Virus record (IMG/VR): IMGVR_UViG_3300033233_000001
Span: 186,001 to 250,000 of that record
Length of the DNA: 64,000 nucleotides
Strand: one strand, 5' to 3'
The notes below the pieces were generated by a model. It saw only the letters and a program-made list of their open reading frames with translations, was not told the origin of the DNA and searched no databases. The position numbers and the translations under genes are program-made. How positions within the stretch are numbered: the first letter of the stretch is position 1; each line of letters begins with the position of its first letter. Positions 55,432-63,418 of the stretch are shown one piece after another.

Positions 55432-55892
55432 CGAGATCTCCCGCTGGTCCGCTTCTTCGGCCGGCGGCTGCCGCGCTTCTTGCTGCCGCGCTTCTTGTTC
55501 GCACGAAGCGGCGAGCCGTGGATCTCGCCGTCGTCGACGTACAGGTCGAACATCCCAAACTTCTTCGCCGCTTTCGAGAGGCGCTTCTGGTTCTCTTCGG
55601 ACAGATCGTCCTCGTCCCAAAAACCAGTGCCATGACCGTTCCTGTTCAACCAGAAACGGTTGCCCGCGCGATCGTCGTCGATGCCGGCCTGATCGTCTGT
55701 CGCGCTCCAGAAGTACTCGTTGCCACCGAAGAACTCCTCGCAGTCTCGCTTCATCGCTGCGAGCGTCTCTGCTGCGATGTCAGCGGGTCCGTAGTGCTTG
55801 TCGAGCGGTTCGCCGCCAGACTCGTCGCTCTCGTCGTTCGTCGACCAGAGCGCCGCTTCGATGTACGCATCCGTGAACTTCTTGAGGCTCAT
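55428..55892 (-). CDS. Small phage-type domain plus C-terminal tag
   Basis: F.DAYIEAALWS...FWLNRNGHGTGFWD; RANKKRGS..KKRTSGRSR. Confidence 0.85.
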   Translation of the reverse strand: MSLKKFTDAYIEAALWSTNDESDESGGEPLDKHYGPADIAAETLAAMKRDCEEFFGGNEYFWSATDDQAGIDDDRAGNRFWLNRNGHGTGFWDEDDLSEENQKRLSKAAKKFGMFDLYVDDGEIHGSPLRANKKRGSKKRGSRRPKKRTSGRSR

Positions 55893-56572
55893 CGTGCCCT
55901 CCCGCTGGTCCGCTTCTTCGGTCGACGGGAACCACGCTTGTTCTTCCGGAACCCGTACACGCCGAGTTCCTTCGCGAGCACCACCATTTCTGCGTCCGTG
56001 AAGCCCTCGGGATGGAACGAACGGCGACGCTCTTCGCCGCGCTCGAAGTACCCCCGGTCCTGTACGACATCCGTCTCGGTGAACCAGCGCGGCACACCAG
56101 CAGAGGAGTCGGCTTCGAGTGAGCCGCCAGACTCGTACCTGAGCTTCTTTGCGGCAGCCTCAACCCAGCCGATGCCGTCGTCCTCGTCGAGGTCGTCCGG
56201 CGTGATGAGCATCGAGTCGTCCCAGCCGCGCTCAGCGACATCGCCCTCTTCTGCGCTCTCGGGCGTCACGATGTCGTAGGTCACGTTGATCACGCGGCAC
56301 TCGTCGCCGCCGGGACGCGTGACGGTCCACTCGGCCGCCGCGCCGCCGCCGCCCGTGTAGCTCTGGCCGGGCTTGAGTGCCTTGAGCGCCTTGACCTCGT
56401 CATCGCCGAGGCCCTCGCCGTTCACGCGCAGGAACTCATGCAGCGACGTCGGAGCCTCGCCTTGAGCCTCAGTGTCGCCGTAATCGGCAGGCGAATGGTA
56501 GGTGATCTCTCCATCGATCAAGATCGTGAAGTGGTCACCGGTCCTGCCGTTGCGCTTCGGGCGCCTAGTCAT
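55889..56572 (-). CDS. Two acidic domains, tagged at both ends
   Basis: MTRRPKRNG; VTYDIVTPESAEEGD; RKNKRGSRRPKKRTSGRAR. Confidence 0.82.
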   Translation of the reverse strand: MTRRPKRNGRTGDHFTILIDGEITYHSPADYGDTEAQGEAPTSLHEFLRVNGEGLGDDEVKALKALKPGQSYTGGGGAAAEWTVTRPGGDECRVINVTYDIVTPESAEEGDVAERGWDDSMLITPDDLDEDDGIGWVEAAAKKLRYESGGSLEADSSAGVPRWFTETDVVQDRGYFERGEERRRSFHPEGFTDAEMVVLAKELGVYGFRKNKRGSRRPKKRTSGRAR

Positions 56573-57009
56573 CGACGCCTCCGGCTCGTGCGCTTCTTCG
56601 GGCGACTCGTGCGCCTGCGACGCGGAACCGGGTTCCGACGCGAACGGCGGCTCCTGCGCTTCCCGCGATTCGCCGCCGTTCCATGCTGGATCCGGTACTC
56701 CGCCGCCCATTCCTCGGCCATGTCTTTCGCGACCTGCTTGCGCGTGGCCGGCGTGAACATCGAGTTCCACCGATCAGGCGTCCCCTCCTCACGTGCCCAC
56801 TTCTTGGCGCCCGCGTCGACGAGGTACTTGAAAGCCGCAGGCGCGCGCGCCGCGTCGAAGACGCCGCGCTTCATCTTCTTTTCGAGACCTTTGTGAACGT
56901 ACGTCGTCGTCGATCGATACAAGTCGCCATCGTTGTCGATGTAGAGCTTGAGATCATCCGCGCTGTACACGCGGTTACAACGAGAAGTACGCGTTGTTCG
57001 ACGGACCAT
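56569..57009 (-). CDS. Small phage-type domain tagged at both ends
   Basis: LKLYIDNDGDLYR..F.YLVDAGAKK; AANRGK..KKRTSRRRR. Confidence 0.82.
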   Translation of the reverse strand: MVRRTTRTSRCNRVYSADDLKLYIDNDGDLYRSTTTYVHKGLEKKMKRGVFDAARAPAAFKYLVDAGAKKWAREEGTPDRWNSMFTPATRKQVAKDMAEEWAAEYRIQHGTAANRGKRRSRRSRRNPVPRRRRTSRPKKRTSRRRR

Positions 57010-57011
57010 CG

Positions 57012-57353
57012 TCAGTCCTCGCTCTTCGTCTTGAACTTGAAGTGCTTGTTCTTCTCGAACTTCTTCTTCTTCGATCGCGCCTGCCGCGGCCGCCACCATC
57101 CGAAGTAGAACCACAGCGCGCCGATCGCAGTCGCGCCCGTTCCGAACCAGAAGTAGTTGGCCCGATAAAACGGCACAGCCTCCGGCGCGGGCGGAACCTG
57201 CCCGATGCCGTACAGCGGATATGGTGCCATCCCGGCCGCCTGCCGAGCGCCGCCGCTCGCACGGCGCGCCTGCGACGCGTACGAGAGCGGCGCGTCGCTC
57301 TCGTCACCGCCGATGACGTAGTCCTGTGCTGTCATGGTGCGTGCTGCGGGCAT
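57012..57353 (-). CDS. GIG membrane protein
   Basis: LYGIGQ; TM; KKKFEKN. Confidence 0.7.
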   Translation of the reverse strand: MPAARTMTAQDYVIGGDESDAPLSYASQARRASGGARQAAGMAPYPLYGIGQVPPAPEAVPFYRANYFWFGTGATAIGALWFYFGWWRPRQARSKKKKFEKNKHFKFKTKSED

Positions 57354-57356
57354 GGG

Positions 57357-58856
57357 TTAGTTCCTCTTTCCTCGACTGCGCTTCGAGCGCCGACTGTTCC
57401 GCTTCATCTTGCGCATCATGCGCCGCCAGCTGCCCTTGACGTTCTCAGTCACCTTCTGACCAGCTTCCGTCTGGGTCGCCGCGAGGTAGCCGACGCCGAG
57501 CACCGCAGCGCCGATGACGATGTTGCGCGGCGTCAGAAAGCCCGTCGGCGTCTGCCCAGCGGGCACAATCGCCGTCCCGTCCGGCGAAGTCTGCGCGACC
57601 TCGCCCATGCCGGCAGCGGCAGGAGAGTGGTAGAACGCTCCGAGGTCCGTCTGGAGCTTCTGCTGGTCGGCCACGAGCGGCGAAAGGTGGTCGCTTGCCG
57701 CCTTCTTCAACGCCGGCTGATTGGCTCGCACGGCCATCGCCATGCGGTCGAGACGCGGCAGACCGCCGCCGGCCTTCGCGCGGTCGGCAAGGTCGCGCAT
57801 CGTCGCGTGCATCACGCAGTGCGCGAGCGTGTCTTCGAGCGCCGCATCCGGCCGGTAGCCCATCTGGATCAGACGGTCCGCCACGAGCTTCGCCTTCTTC
57901 GACATCTGCGGCCCAAGAGCCTCGGTCGCAGTCGACAGGAACCGCGACCGCGTGTTCGGGTCGTGCATCATCTTGGCCTCCGCCAAGAGACACTGCGCAG
58001 CGCGCCGCCCGAATGCCTCGATGTGCGACTGCGGGCCAGTGCGATCCTTCGCCATCTTGGGCATCGCTCGACTCTGCCGACTCGGACCCTGCGCGTTGCC
58101 GTTCATGTACGGACTGAACGCAGCGGGCGGCGGATTCAGAGACGGCACGCGCTTGCTGAGGGGAACGCCAGAGGCGTTCACCTGCGTGACGGTCCAGTTG
58201 TCGGCAGTCGAGTCCCACATGGCAGACTGCTGAATCCCGTCCGCGTCCTCTTCTGCGATGTACGCTGGCTCTGCGAACTTGTTCGCGAAGATACCGTCGC
58301 GCACACGAAAGGTCACGCCCTCCGGCATGTCGAAAATGCCGGCGCCGATGACGTTCTGCTCGCTCGTGTCGTACTCGTAGGACGACCGGTCGTATTCCGT
58401 CAGCGGATCGACATCCTCCTGGGACGGCATCTCGTTCTGCTGCGTCGGCCGGAAGCGTGAAATCCGAGCCTCACCGTCGGGACTGACTGCGATGCTGCGC
58501 GGTGCGAGCGCGGTACCTGGACCTGCATCGCCAAGGTCCGACATATCCGTGTGCTGCTGCGAGAACGGACGGTAGCCCGTGTCGCTAGCGGTTTCCCACG
58601 GGTTCGCGCCGTAGGTCGTCTGGTTGATGCCAGGGCCATTGTCGACATCGTCCATCATCGTGAACGACTTCGTGCCCTCGATGTCTGTCGCGGGCGCAGG
58701 GCCGCCGCCCTTCTTCGGCACGGTCTCCTGAAGGTCATCGGTCAGGAAGTCGTCGTCCATCGACGAGCCCTGGTAGTCCTGCACGTCGAGATTGGCGTTG
58801 CCGCGCATCGTCGGCAGTTCCATCTCGTCATCGTTGAACAGATCGTCGTCGCTCAT
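57357..58856 (-). CDS. 499-aa membrane protein with acidic N-half
   Basis: AAGMGE; TM; KRNSRRSKRSRGKRN. Confidence 0.8.
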   Translation of the reverse strand: MSDDDLFNDDEMELPTMRGNANLDVQDYQGSSMDDDFLTDDLQETVPKKGGGPAPATDIEGTKSFTMMDDVDNGPGINQTTYGANPWETASDTGYRPFSQQHTDMSDLGDAGPGTALAPRSIAVSPDGEARISRFRPTQQNEMPSQEDVDPLTEYDRSSYEYDTSEQNVIGAGIFDMPEGVTFRVRDGIFANKFAEPAYIAEEDADGIQQSAMWDSTADNWTVTQVNASGVPLSKRVPSLNPPPAAFSPYMNGNAQGPSRQSRAMPKMAKDRTGPQSHIEAFGRRAAQCLLAEAKMMHDPNTRSRFLSTATEALGPQMSKKAKLVADRLIQMGYRPDAALEDTLAHCVMHATMRDLADRAKAGGGLPRLDRMAMAVRANQPALKKAASDHLSPLVADQQKLQTDLGAFYHSPAAAGMGEVAQTSPDGTAIVPAGQTPTGFLTPRNIVIGAAVLGVGYLAATQTEAGQKVTENVKGSWRRMMRKMKRNSRRSKRSRGKRN

Positions 58857-58902
58857 GTCCGTGTTTCCCGTCTTGTTTTTAGGCGCCCAGCCCGGTTTAT
58901 GA

Positions 58903-59634
58903 TCAGGAGAGAATCAGCCAGAGAATCGCGGTGACACCAAGGACGCCGCCGCCGACCATGAACATCTTCCTTCGCGTGACCTGTGCGTGCCCGGCAGCAA
59001 GCTGTGCAGCCTCAAGCTGTCGCTGAGCGGTCGCTGCCTGTGACGCCGCGAGTCTAGCCTGCGCTTCGCGCTGCTCGCGCGTGCAGTCCATCGCGCCGCT
59101 TGCGATACCGCTGCCGACGTCGGTGACACCTTTGACGATGGTGCCCCAGAATGGAACGATACTCGCGATGCCGCCGACGGTGTTCGCGCCGCCTGCAATA
59201 GAACAGCCGATGGCACGGTCGCCAGGAGCGAGATCGCCCAGGCCGGCGGTGCCGAGGGGCGTGTCGACCAGCACATCCCAGCCGAGGCGGTTGCCGACGC
59301 TGTTTCGGATCTGCCCGACGACTCGCTCGCGGACGCGGTCAGCGAGCGTCGAGCGGATCGCGTCGAACAGCGCCTGGTCCTGGCCGCGGTTCCGCGTGTT
59401 CTTCCGCAGCCGCCGCGCGACTTCCGGGCCGAGGCCCGGCTGAAGCGCATCGAGCTTCTGGCGCAGCACCAGAGACCGCGAGGCCGGCTGCGCCTTCGCC
59501 ATGGCGAGCAAAACGCCACTCGCGTCGAGCGAAGCGCGCGCGAGGATCGGATCTGCGGACGCGGCTTGCCCGACGGTGAGTCCGCCCGAAGCCACTTCGC
59601 CGAAACCGAGACCTCTCCGCGCACGATACGACAC
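58903..59634 (-). CDS. VSY-GLG membrane protein, paralog of 60028
   Basis: ADPIL..ASL.AS.VLL.MA; C-terminal TM. Confidence 0.78.
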   Translation of the reverse strand: MSYRARRGLGFGEVASGGLTVGQAASADPILARASLDASGVLLAMAKAQPASRSLVLRQKLDALQPGLGPEVARRLRKNTRNRGQDQALFDAIRSTLADRVRERVVGQIRNSVGNRLGWDVLVDTPLGTAGLGDLAPGDRAIGCSIAGGANTVGGIASIVPFWGTIVKGVTDVGSGIASGAMDCTREQREAQARLAASQAATAQRQLEAAQLAAGHAQVTRRKMFMVGGGVLGVTAILWLILS

Positions 59635-59644
59635 ACGAGCCTTT

Positions 59645-60019
59645 CTACCATTCACGAACGTAGTTGCCGATCCCGCGCATGGATACGCGCATCAGCGGGC
59701 GTACAGCGGGCTTTGTCATCAAGATGGAACGCGCGGCCGCCTGTGCCCGCTGCGCTTGCCTTGCCGTAAGCCAGGACGTATCGCCACCGACGCGCGTTCT
59801 GCGCGCTGCCTGCTCTCGATAGGATGCCGTGCGCGCTGCTTCGTAGCGGGCCCGCCTGGACTGCCTTTCCCGCTCCGCCTGATTTCGCTGGGATGCCGTA
59901 CGCGCCGCTTCGTAACGGGCGCGGGTGGCCTGTCTTTCTCGATCTAGCTGCGCCGCTTCGCGCGCTAGTTCTTCCGGCGAAACCCTCACCTTCAATCCAA
60001 CCTGTCCAAGTCCGAACAT
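59645..60019 (-). CDS. GLG/GIGNYV coiled protein
   Basis: MFGLGQ; ARYEAARTAS x2; ends GIGNYVREW. Confidence 0.7.
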   Translation of the reverse strand: MFGLGQVGLKVRVSPEELAREAAQLDRERQATRARYEAARTASQRNQAERERQSRRARYEAARTASYREQAARRTRVGGDTSWLTARQAQRAQAAARSILMTKPAVRPLMRVSMRGIGNYVREW

Positions 60020-60027
60020 CCTACGCC

Positions 60028-60711
60028 TCACTTCTTCAACACCGCGAACAACACGGTCGCGATCACTAGACCGCCGCCGCCGATGAGAAGGTAGCGCATC
60101 ATACGCGCCTCCTGAGCCTGCTGCATCTGAAGCTGCTGCATCTGAACGCTCTGCGCGAGTTGCGCCTGCGCCTGCGCCTGCCGAGTCTGAGCATCGATGC
60201 CAGCGATGTTGCAACCGCCGATCGTGCCACCCGTTGCCGAGGCCGACTGGACTGCGCCGATCTGTCCGGTCTGACCGCCGGCTCCGAACGCATCGAGGAA
60301 GCCCCCGACAATCGACGTGCCTCCCGCCACCGTACAGAAGCCGACACGGACGTCACTATCGGTGCTGCCGAGGCCCTGCGTCCCCTGCTGACCCATCTGC
60401 GCCTTCGTCAACGCGACGAGCCGATTCGCGATGGCCGCGCGCACGACGTCGAAAATGACTTGGTCAGCCTGATCAGCGGACTTCGTCGCGGCGAGACGCA
60501 GGAAGTCGGCGCGCGTCTTCGTCCCAAGACCTGGCGTCGCGGCGTTCAGCGTGTCCGTCATCACCCGAAGCCGCTTGCTGCGCGGGACGGCCGCCATCTT
60601 GAGCAGCACGTTCGACGCCGCGAGGCTGGCCGACGAGAGGATCGGGTCCGTCTTTGCCTGTTGGCCGGCCTGGATGGGCGCAGAGCCTGTGATCGTGAGT
60701 CCGAGAGCCAT
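60028..60711 (-). CDS. GLG membrane protein, paralog of 58903
   Basis: KTDPILSSASLAASNVLLKMA; QGLGS; C-terminal TM. Confidence 0.8.
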   Translation of the reverse strand: MALGLTITGSAPIQAGQQAKTDPILSSASLAASNVLLKMAAVPRSKRLRVMTDTLNAATPGLGTKTRADFLRLAATKSADQADQVIFDVVRAAIANRLVALTKAQMGQQGTQGLGSTDSDVRVGFCTVAGGTSIVGGFLDAFGAGGQTGQIGAVQSASATGGTIGGCNIAGIDAQTRQAQAQAQLAQSVQMQQLQMQQAQEARMMRYLLIGGGGLVIATVLFAVLKK

Positions 60712-60714
60712 GGA

Positions 60715-61155
60715 TCACTTCCTTCTGCGACGCCGACGAACGTTCGGGCTGACCGAGGCCGGCGCGGCCGCTCTGGCCGGAGCGGGCCTCATGGCCACCG
60801 TGATGAGCGCGACCGCAACGGCAGCGCCGCCGATGCCGATGTACGTCAGCGTGTTGTCCGGTGCGGGCACCATCGGCATGACCGGAGCCCAACTCGTCGA
60901 CGGCGAAGCCGACACGAAGTGCGAGAGGTCGGTCTTCGCCGGTTCCGGACGATAACCCGACGGCTTCGTCCCGCCCGAGGGCGCCGGTGTCGTCGTAGAC
61001 GTCGACGCCCCGGTCGTACTCGACGGCATCCCGATTGACATCGCCGTCAAAGACGACTCCTGTCCGAGCGAGCCCGTGCCGTGGTACTGCGGCACGCGAC
61101 CACGCACTCGGAAGGCCGCGAGACGGTCGAAGATCGGCGAGATCGCGTAGCTCAC
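60715..61155 (-). CDS. VSY-LGQ membrane protein
   Basis: GSLGQ; TM; SPNVRRRRRRK. Confidence 0.75.
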   Translation of the reverse strand: MSYAISPIFDRLAAFRVRGRVPQYHGTGSLGQESSLTAMSIGMPSSTTGASTSTTTPAPSGGTKPSGYRPEPAKTDLSHFVSASPSTSWAPVMPMVPAPDNTLTYIGIGGAAVAVALITVAMRPAPARAAAPASVSPNVRRRRRRK

Positions 61156-61499
61156 CGCGAACGCCTCCGGCGACGGCGGCTGTTGCGCTGCGTGTGCCGA
61201 ACTCCGAAGCCCTGGGCAAGGCTGATCGGAATCGCCAGCGGCCAGAAGGCGCCGCCGATGATGCCCCATACGAGGGCCCACCCGATCGAGTTGTTCCGGC
61301 GGTAGCCGTGGTACGCGAGGGCGCCGACAGATGCAGTGCCCGCGACGAGCATGAGCGTGCGCACGGGCTGCGAAAGGGTCATCGCCGTGCTCGTCTGACC
61401 GGTTACGACCGGAGACGGAGCAGGCGGAATCGTCTGCTGACCGAGTCCAGCCGCCGCGAAGAGTCCGCCGCCAGCGCCGTAATAGCCCATGCCGTTCAT
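61152..61499 (-). CDS. GMG/GLG membrane protein, paralog of 38287
   Basis: AYHGYRRNNSIGWALVWG..GG.FWP; QRNSRRRRRRSR. Confidence 0.8.
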   Translation of the reverse strand: MNGMGYYGAGGGLFAAAGLGQQTIPPAPSPVVTGQTSTAMTLSQPVRTLMLVAGTASVGALAYHGYRRNNSIGWALVWGIIGGAFWPLAIPISLAQGFGVRHTQRNSRRRRRRSR

Positions 61500-61509
61500 T
61501 GTCGTCTCC

Positions 61510-61980
61510 TTACCAGCCACGCACGTAGTTGCCGATGCCTGAAGTGGCTGGCAACGCCCTGTCCGCCGAACCTCGCTGCGTCGTCGACGAGGCCTGTGCG
61601 GCCGCCGCGATCTGCTGCGCCGCAGCCGCCGCCTGCGCGTTCGCAACCGCTGCTGCCTGCGGAGAGCGAGCGCGAAGTTCGAGCACCGCGAGCCAGCCCT
61701 GCGCGTCCCCGTGCACCGACGGACCGACGAGCGCGAGCCAGTCCGCGAGCGCGGCCGGCGACACGCTCTGCCCGACGACGACGACGTCCGCGCGGTTGAC
61801 CATCTCGGCAAAGTCCGGCTGCCATGCCGATCGCGGCTGCGAAAGCATCGAGGCGGCCTGCTGCTTGGCAGAGTCGTACCGCTGACGTCGCGCTTCGGTC
61901 GAAACCGCCATCCCAGGCGGGACCTGGCCGTCCGGTCGTCGACCAGTGAAAACGCTGAGGATTCTGTCGATGAAGTTCAC
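61510..61980 (-). CDS. GIGNYV protein
   Basis: Ends SGIGNYVRGW. Confidence 0.7.
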   Translation of the reverse strand: MNFIDRILSVFTGRRPDGQVPPGMAVSTEARRQRYDSAKQQAASMLSQPRSAWQPDFAEMVNRADVVVVGQSVSPAALADWLALVGPSVHGDAQGWLAVLELRARSPQAAAVANAQAAAAAQQIAAAAQASSTTQRGSADRALPATSGIGNYVRGW

Positions 61981-61995
61981 GTGTTCGTTTCCTTC

Positions 61996-62571
61996 TTACG
62001 CCGCCGACTGGACCGGGAACATCGAGTGCTGCTTCACGCGCCCAAGCATCGACGCCGTACGTCGGCCCGCGACCGGATCGAGAACCCACCAGGTCTTCGT
62101 GCGCGGGTCCTGCGCCGTACAGAAGACGTGCGTGTGGATCTTCTGCTCGCCAGGCCATCGAGGCTGAAAGCCGACGGTCACGAAGCGAACCGGCGCACCG
62201 ATACAGAGGCATCCGGTGCCGATTGCCACAGCGAGGTCGTCGCAGTCCATCGCCGCCCGACCAGAGAGCGCATCGTCGAGCAGACGCTCAGGGTCCCGGA
62301 TCAATTCCTGGTGCAACGGGTCTCGCGTATAGCGACCCGCGTTGCCCCACCATCGGCAGATGGCGATGATCTCGGACGTGTAGTCCTTCGGACGAATGTT
62401 CGCGATGATCTGTTCCGTGTGCCGCCGGACCTTGAACGATTGTTCGCCGCGCGGACCGAGCGCGACCTCGATCATCTTCGCGACGGTGTGATCGGTGCCT
62501 CGGTACGGCTCAACCGTACCGACCGCCGTGTTGTAGGCAGAATTGTAGGCGCTTGCGCGGAGCGACGGCAT
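61996..62571 (-). CDS. Transglutaminase-fold Cys hydrolase (candidate maturation protease)
   Basis: DCDD, HTHVF and VLDP give a Cys-His-Asp triad; first gene of the long minus-strand run. Confidence 0.85.
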   Translation of the reverse strand: MPSLRASAYNSAYNTAVGTVEPYRGTDHTVAKMIEVALGPRGEQSFKVRRHTEQIIANIRPKDYTSEIIAICRWWGNAGRYTRDPLHQELIRDPERLLDDALSGRAAMDCDDLAVAIGTGCLCIGAPVRFVTVGFQPRWPGEQKIHTHVFCTAQDPRTKTWWVLDPVAGRRTASMLGRVKQHSMFPVQSAA

Positions 62572-62714
62572 ATTTCTGCCGTGCCCGAGGCGCCCGGATG
62601 GAAGTCTCGCACATAGACCGGTCGATGTGCAAGTGCCGAAGCCGCCCGATCTCAAACCGCTGGCGTCGTTACCACGGCGTGCTAACGTCACGAGCAAGGA
62701 GCAGCGTTTGCACG

Positions 62715-62948
62715 ATGAACACCACCATCAGGAAGATCGGGAACAGCGACGGCGTCATCATTCCGGCGGCCGTCATGGCGCGCCTGGGCATGGAGACAGG
62801 CGATCCGGTTACTCTCGACGTCGAGGGTAGCCGACTCGTGATCTCGTCGAGGTCCGGCGCGGCCTCTGACAGCGGCGACTTCGAGCGCGCGGCCGTTGCC
62901 GTGACGAGGCGCTACGCGTCGCTTCTTCGTAAGCTGGCCGACTTGTGA
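62715..62948 (+). CDS. AbrB/MazE-family antitoxin
   Basis: IRKIGNSDGVIIP....LG...GD.V. Confidence 0.88.
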   Translation: MNTTIRKIGNSDGVIIPAAVMARLGMETGDPVTLDVEGSRLVISSRSGAASDSGDFERAAVAVTRRYASLLRKLADL

Positions 62949-63418
62949 GCCACTTCCGCTACCTCAGCGTCGACGAGGTTCTGGCTCTTCACGAGATAGC
63001 AATTCAGAATGGCGGCGGTGGCCCACTTGAAGTCCGAGACCCAGGCGGAGTCGAAGCTGCCGTTTTTCAACCGCAAGCCGGCTTCGGAGACATTCTATTC
63101 TACAAGACCGTCCCCGAGATTGCCGCTGCTTACGCGTATTTCATCGCACAACGGCAGGCTTTCGTCGAGGGCAACAAAAGGACCGGATGGCTTGCGGCCT
63201 GCACCTTCGTCGAGATGAACGGCGGCCTAGTCGAAGCCACGGACGACGACGCCATCCAGATGCTACTGGAGGTCTCAAAAGGCCTGTCGCTGGAAAGCGT
63301 GGCGGACTGGTTTGCCGAGCGCATCGTCCAACTGGTACACGAAAATCTCCCGAAACGGAACAGCAGACCAAAGCGCACGAGTCGCAGGTCGAAGCGCGCT
63401 AGCAGGCCGAAGCGCTAG
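62945..63418 (+). CDS. doc: Doc/Fic-family toxin with C-terminal basic tag; motif His replaced by Gln
   Basis: RQAFVEGNKRTG; VRD.GG.EAAV.QP; ends KRNSRPKRTSRRSKRASRPKR. Confidence 0.85.
   Translation: MSHFRYLSVDEVLALHEIAIQNGGGGPLEVRDPGGVEAAVFQPQAGFGDILFYKTVPEIAAAYAYFIAQRQAFVEGNKRTGWLAACTFVEMNGGLVEATDDDAIQMLLEVSKGLSLESVADWFAERIVQLVHENLPKRNSRPKRTSRRSKRASRPKR

Noticed and set aside
42891-61499. C-terminal TM plus basic tails as GlyGly-CTERM, MYXO-CTERM or PEP-CTERM sorting signals
   Set aside because: The signature residues do not match, there are no N-terminal signal peptides, and no sortase-type gene is in the window.
2474-63000. Many long Arg/Ala/Pro-rich ORFs antisense or frame-shifted to called genes (e.g. 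25843-27069, 50978-52414, 53349-54953, 56994-58460)
   Set aside because: Expected stop-poor shadow frames in GC-rich DNA; no RBS, motifs or coupling.
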